Assembly (NCBI GenBank): GCA_044892505.1
Contig: CM097884.1
Location: 14,012,001 to 14,076,000, forward strand
DNA: 64,000 bases
Source of the DNA: Schmidtea nova
Lineage: Eukaryota
Direction of reading: 5' to 3'
Within the stretch, counting starts at the first letter, position 1, and each line of letters opens with the position of its first letter. The translations under genes were made by a program, and so were the position numbers. A model generated the notes under the pieces. It made no database searches and was not told where the DNA came from. It saw nothing but the letters and a program-made list of their open reading frames with translations. This document shows positions 59,873 through 64,000 of the stretch, in pieces.

Positions 59873-61015
59873 AAAAACACAACACATCTTCGTAGTTTTT
59901 TTTCAAAGGCTAACTCTTTTAGAATACCTATTATAGAGATAAAAAGATTAGCATCTTTGTTGGCTTAACTTAAGTCAAATCCTTTAAAAAAGCTCATTTT
60001 TTCACTACAAAAACAAAAAACACATACTAATAAAATAAAACCAATGGAATCAAACCAAAACCAATTCAAGGTGAACTTTGTTAGTATGATTCACGTTTCT
60101 GGATTTTTATTTCTCGGAAACCCAAACCGGTAACTAACTGAAATGGAATCTATTATGATCAATTATTTGGATTATAATCTTTTTTTGTTCTTTTATTTGT
60201 GTTGTGATGTTATTATGTTCCATTATTTATGTCATACTATTTTATTCGTGTTGTGAAGAAATTGTAGAACCCAGCAGAGTCACCGCTAAAAATCTGTCTT
60301 GGGACAGCTGGAATGGATGTTAAGTTGATTACGCGTCTGTGAGTGATTGTGTATTTATAGAATGTTATGTATCGAACCGTAACAAATAATAATAAACGAA
60401 TATAACAAAAACATTTATTACTAATATCAAGATAAATAAAGGTCAACGATCGTACTCACAGATTAAAACAAATGGGTGAAATGGTTGGTCTCGTTTTCGT
60501 GATTCTGTGCTTGTTAATAAGGTATTGGTATTTTCTACAGTTTTTGACAAATGAACTTTGTTAGTAGGGTTCACGTTTCTGGATTAATATTTTCTCTAGT
60601 TTTTACTAAAGAAATGTTTTTAGTAGGATTCACGTTTATGGATTCACGTTTCCGGATTTGTATTTCTCGAGACTTTTCTGTTACTGATTTACGATTTTTA
60701 AAATGTTTTTCAGCTTCTTATTTTATCAATTTCTATTAGTAATTATTTCCTTTGTTAATTTCTCAGAGTAATTTATTTTCTATATTTATTATTTTAAAAT
60801 TTATTGATCGATTTCTTTTTAATTTGAATTTTGCCTGTATTTGCATTCACTAATTCAAAGTTTAACCACTCTGAAACATTATTATCACATAATATTGTTC
60901 GGTTCGTATCAGTGGTTACGACGAACACAGAAAAATTTATTCGATTATAGATAACTTAAATTTGATTATCGGACTCCAAACGATAATCCGCCTATTTAAT
61001 TATAAATAAAATATG

Positions 61016-61560
61016 TGTTAGGTTGTGTGTAAAGATAACAAACTAATTCCTTTTAATAAGATTTATTGTGATATATATGTATAACAATGTACAAAATAGA
61101 TAACAAAAATGGCTGCAAAGCAAAAGTTAGAAAATCGGTTATTCAAACCGTCCTCAGTAATGAAGAACGAAAGCTGGACCTAAAAGGCTCAACAGCTCCG
61201 ACTAAAAGATAGGACAAAAGATGAGGGACTCCCGGTAGTTTACGCGATAGTGATAACCCAGAAATAGTTATCACTGTACCCTAATAAATTCCCTTCTAAT
61301 ATTTATATTGCCTCTTTAATAGTTTGACTGAAGGGGAAAAATAGTAAGATAACTATTACCCCGTGATCGATTAATGATATTATAGAAACTAAAATTTACC
61401 AGCTAATTTATTCCAATGATATAAATAAAAATTCTTCTAAAATTCTTCTTGTTCTGTGAAACTTCTGAAAAATTATCTCAACAAAAATTCTCGTGTTATT
61501 TCTAAAATTCACTATTGAAAACTACGCTAAACTGAAACTACTCCTCTAACTGATTTAACA
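61016..61560. mobile_element. Possible short LTR (~545 bp)
   Basis: TGTTA...TAACA termini; AATAAA on the minus strand near its 3' end; no TSD. Confidence 0.35.
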
Positions 61561-61889
61561 ATCAGTTTATATATAATTTGAACGATAGTAGGTTTGCACA
61601 CTACTACGCTCATAATCATGTCTCAAACTGCGGTGGTGTTTTACCACTGCCTTTAAAAATATCTATAATTATTATATTTTTATTTAAAGTAATTTATTAT
61701 TATTATTATTACTATTTAAATCTATCATATATTTATTTATTCCTAAAATTATTATTTATCTATTTATAGTAATTGTTAATTACAATATTTTATTTATACC
61801 ATTTAATTATTACTAAATTTTATTTATAGTAATTATTTATCACTAAACTTATTCCTTATCTATAAAATTCTAAAAAAATCGAAATCCTA

Positions 61890-63010
61890 TGATTCGGAGA
61901 TCCTCTCTTCCACACCTCCATCTGAGACCGAAATCTCCAGATTCAAAGCCTCTCAAAAACTCATCGACGGCGTACATTATGACACATCTTATAACAACAC
62001 TCTGCGCCCTATACTGCACGAATCACTCCGCAAAAAGCGTTCCTCGCTGTCCATAACCTGCACCCTCCTGGCATCAAATCCACATACGCACTATTCTGCC
62101 AAAAAGTCACCTGGTACGCTCTATTCAAAGATGTCAAACGGTGGGTAAACGAGTGCCAAGGCTGCCAACAACATAGAATAAACGTCAAACCACCGCTCAC
62201 CCCTTTCCCCCACCGGCTCTCGCTTCGACATTCTGCACATCGACCTAGAAGGACCTCTCCCAATTGATGATGCTTTTTCCTTCATTCTCACCATGATAGA
62301 TGGTAAGACGCGTTGGTTAGAGGCAGTACCTATACCCTATATTACAGCACCTACTGTCGCAAACTACATAGCATCTACCTGGTTCTCCCGTTTCTACAAC
62401 CATTATTATAGATCAAGGCCGCCAGTTTGAATCAGAACTGTTTCAATACATTACAGACGCCCTCAACATTAAGCATCTACAAACTTCTGCCTACCATCCG
62501 CAGACCAATGGCCTCGTCGAACGCGCTCACCGCACTATCAAGACCTCACTCCGCATCCTCGCAGTTTCCTCTGGATGGACCAAATCGCTGCCATTTGTAC
62601 TACTAGGATGGCACAATACACCCAATCTCTCAAGGAGGGAGCATCTCCAGCGCAATTACTGTTCGGTTCCAACACGCGCATGCCATTAGAGCTTATAGAG
62701 ACAGACTATGAATCGTCATTTCAACAAATAAACTCCAACCCGTCCTTCACATACTCAACCTCTTACAAACCATACACGCCAAACACACTTACCTCAGCTT
62801 CACACACCTGGTTAATATGCGTTGATTCATCTAACATGAAGCCCCGGTATAAAGGACCCTTCCCCGTCATAAAACTATACAAAACACGGCCAAACTGGAC
62901 ATCGACGGTACATCTCACATCATAAGTCTGAACCGCCTAAAGCCTGCTTTTGTGCTAAGCGAGCAGGACAATCAGCTTCCCCTTCACCTCCCAACTAACA
63001 AAGATTTGAT
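61890..63010 (+). pseudogene. Decayed Ty3/Gypsy integrase
   Basis: HPPGIKST...[48 protein letters not shown], spread over several frames. Confidence 0.88.
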
Positions 63011-63059
63011 CGAAGACCCCTGATACGACCTGAGCCCCGAAACCCCCTCTACAAATTCA

Positions 63060-64000
63060 GCATGCTGAACCGTTCCAGACTCTCCATTCACAGAACTGCA
63101 TACGCTGTCCTCCACAGTACAGACTTTTGAACTCAGTCACAAAATATCCTCTGCCCAGAATAAGCGATATCTTAGATAAAATCGGGGGAAGCAAAATATT
63201 TTCAAGGATCGATCTGAAAAAGGCATATAACCAAATCCCAATTGAAGCAAACGACATCCCGATAACAGCAATAATTAACCCTTTTAGATTATAGGAATAT
63301 TTAAAAATGCCCTTTGGACTGAGGGACGCCTCACAAACCTTCCAAAGATTCATGGACAAACTTCTACGTCCAAACAGGAAATTCTCCAGAGCGTACATCG
63401 ATGACATAATAATTTTCTCAAAATCAAAGGAATATAATGAAAACCATTTGCAAACAATTCAAAAAGTTTTAAAAGATGCATATTTATCAATAAATAAAGA
63501 TAGAAGCTGCATGGCTAAAAACCAGGTTAACTTTCTTGGATTTCACATTTTAGGCTCAGGAATCTCACCCCAAACGGATAAGATTCAAGCAATCACCTCT
63601 TGTTCAAGGCCAGACAATGCTAATGCACCGAGACGATTTTGAAATGGTAACATTCTATCACTTGCTAATACCGAATTTGGTGGTAATAATGGCTCCTTTA
63701 CACGATCTAACATCAAACGGAGCAAAAGACAAACGTAAGTATATCTGGAAAGATCAACACTCACAATCCTTTGAAACGGCAAAGAAGAAACTATAAGATC
63801 TCACTGAATTGATCCCTCCAAATTCGCAACGCACATTCATTATATGCACGGATGCATCGGACATTGGAATTGGTGCAAGTCTTAAGCACAGAACTACAGA
63901 AGGTAAACTTACACCAATCAGCTTTTTCTCTAGGAAACGCAATAAAACTGTACAAAGATATTCATTTGACCGAAAACTATCAGCTGCCTATTTAGCTATC
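63060..64000 (+). pseudogene. Decayed Ty3/Gypsy RT-RNase H, running off the window
   Basis: YPLPRI, IDLKKAYNQIP, MPFGLRDASQTFQRFMD, AYIDDIIIFS, TDASDIGIGA. Confidence 0.9.

Noticed and set aside
61890-64000. Ty1/Copia element, because IN precedes RT
   Set aside because: RT (MPFGL, YIDD) and IN (HPQTNG, GPF) motifs are Ty3/Gypsy-type.

Overview
AT-rich eukaryotic (metazoan) genomic DNA with three assembly gaps. The repeat landscape looks flatworm/planarian-like, but that is inference. The only clearly intact host gene is a 3-exon coatomer beta (COPB1, 46983-57021, +). The rest is mostly transposon-derived: a Penelope-like element cluster with inverted copies and hammerhead-like motifs (2.8-8.2 kb), mariner and MITE remnants, Ty3/Gypsy pol fragments, an OGT pseudogene fragment and satellites. 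The centrepiece is a complete 19.5-kb LTR element (12664-32197) with 2,786-bp apparently identical LTRs, TGTTGG...CCAACA termini, a 4-bp TSD (ATAC) and a tRNA-Pro-type PBS. It shows no RT, RNase H or integrase motifs. It encodes a Gag-Ubl-protease-ankyrin-FN3-TM polyprotein, an intronless TRAF, an IAP-type RING protein, coiled-coil and membrane ORFs arranged like an operon, and an ORF inside the LTR itself. Two further divergent LTR families in the window (a solo LTR at 36625-39655 and an LTR at ~42035-44617) share that LTR ORF and a covarying ~190-nt structured RNA, which suggests a complex-retrovirus-like regulatory module. All domain calls are by eye from motifs; no database searches were run.
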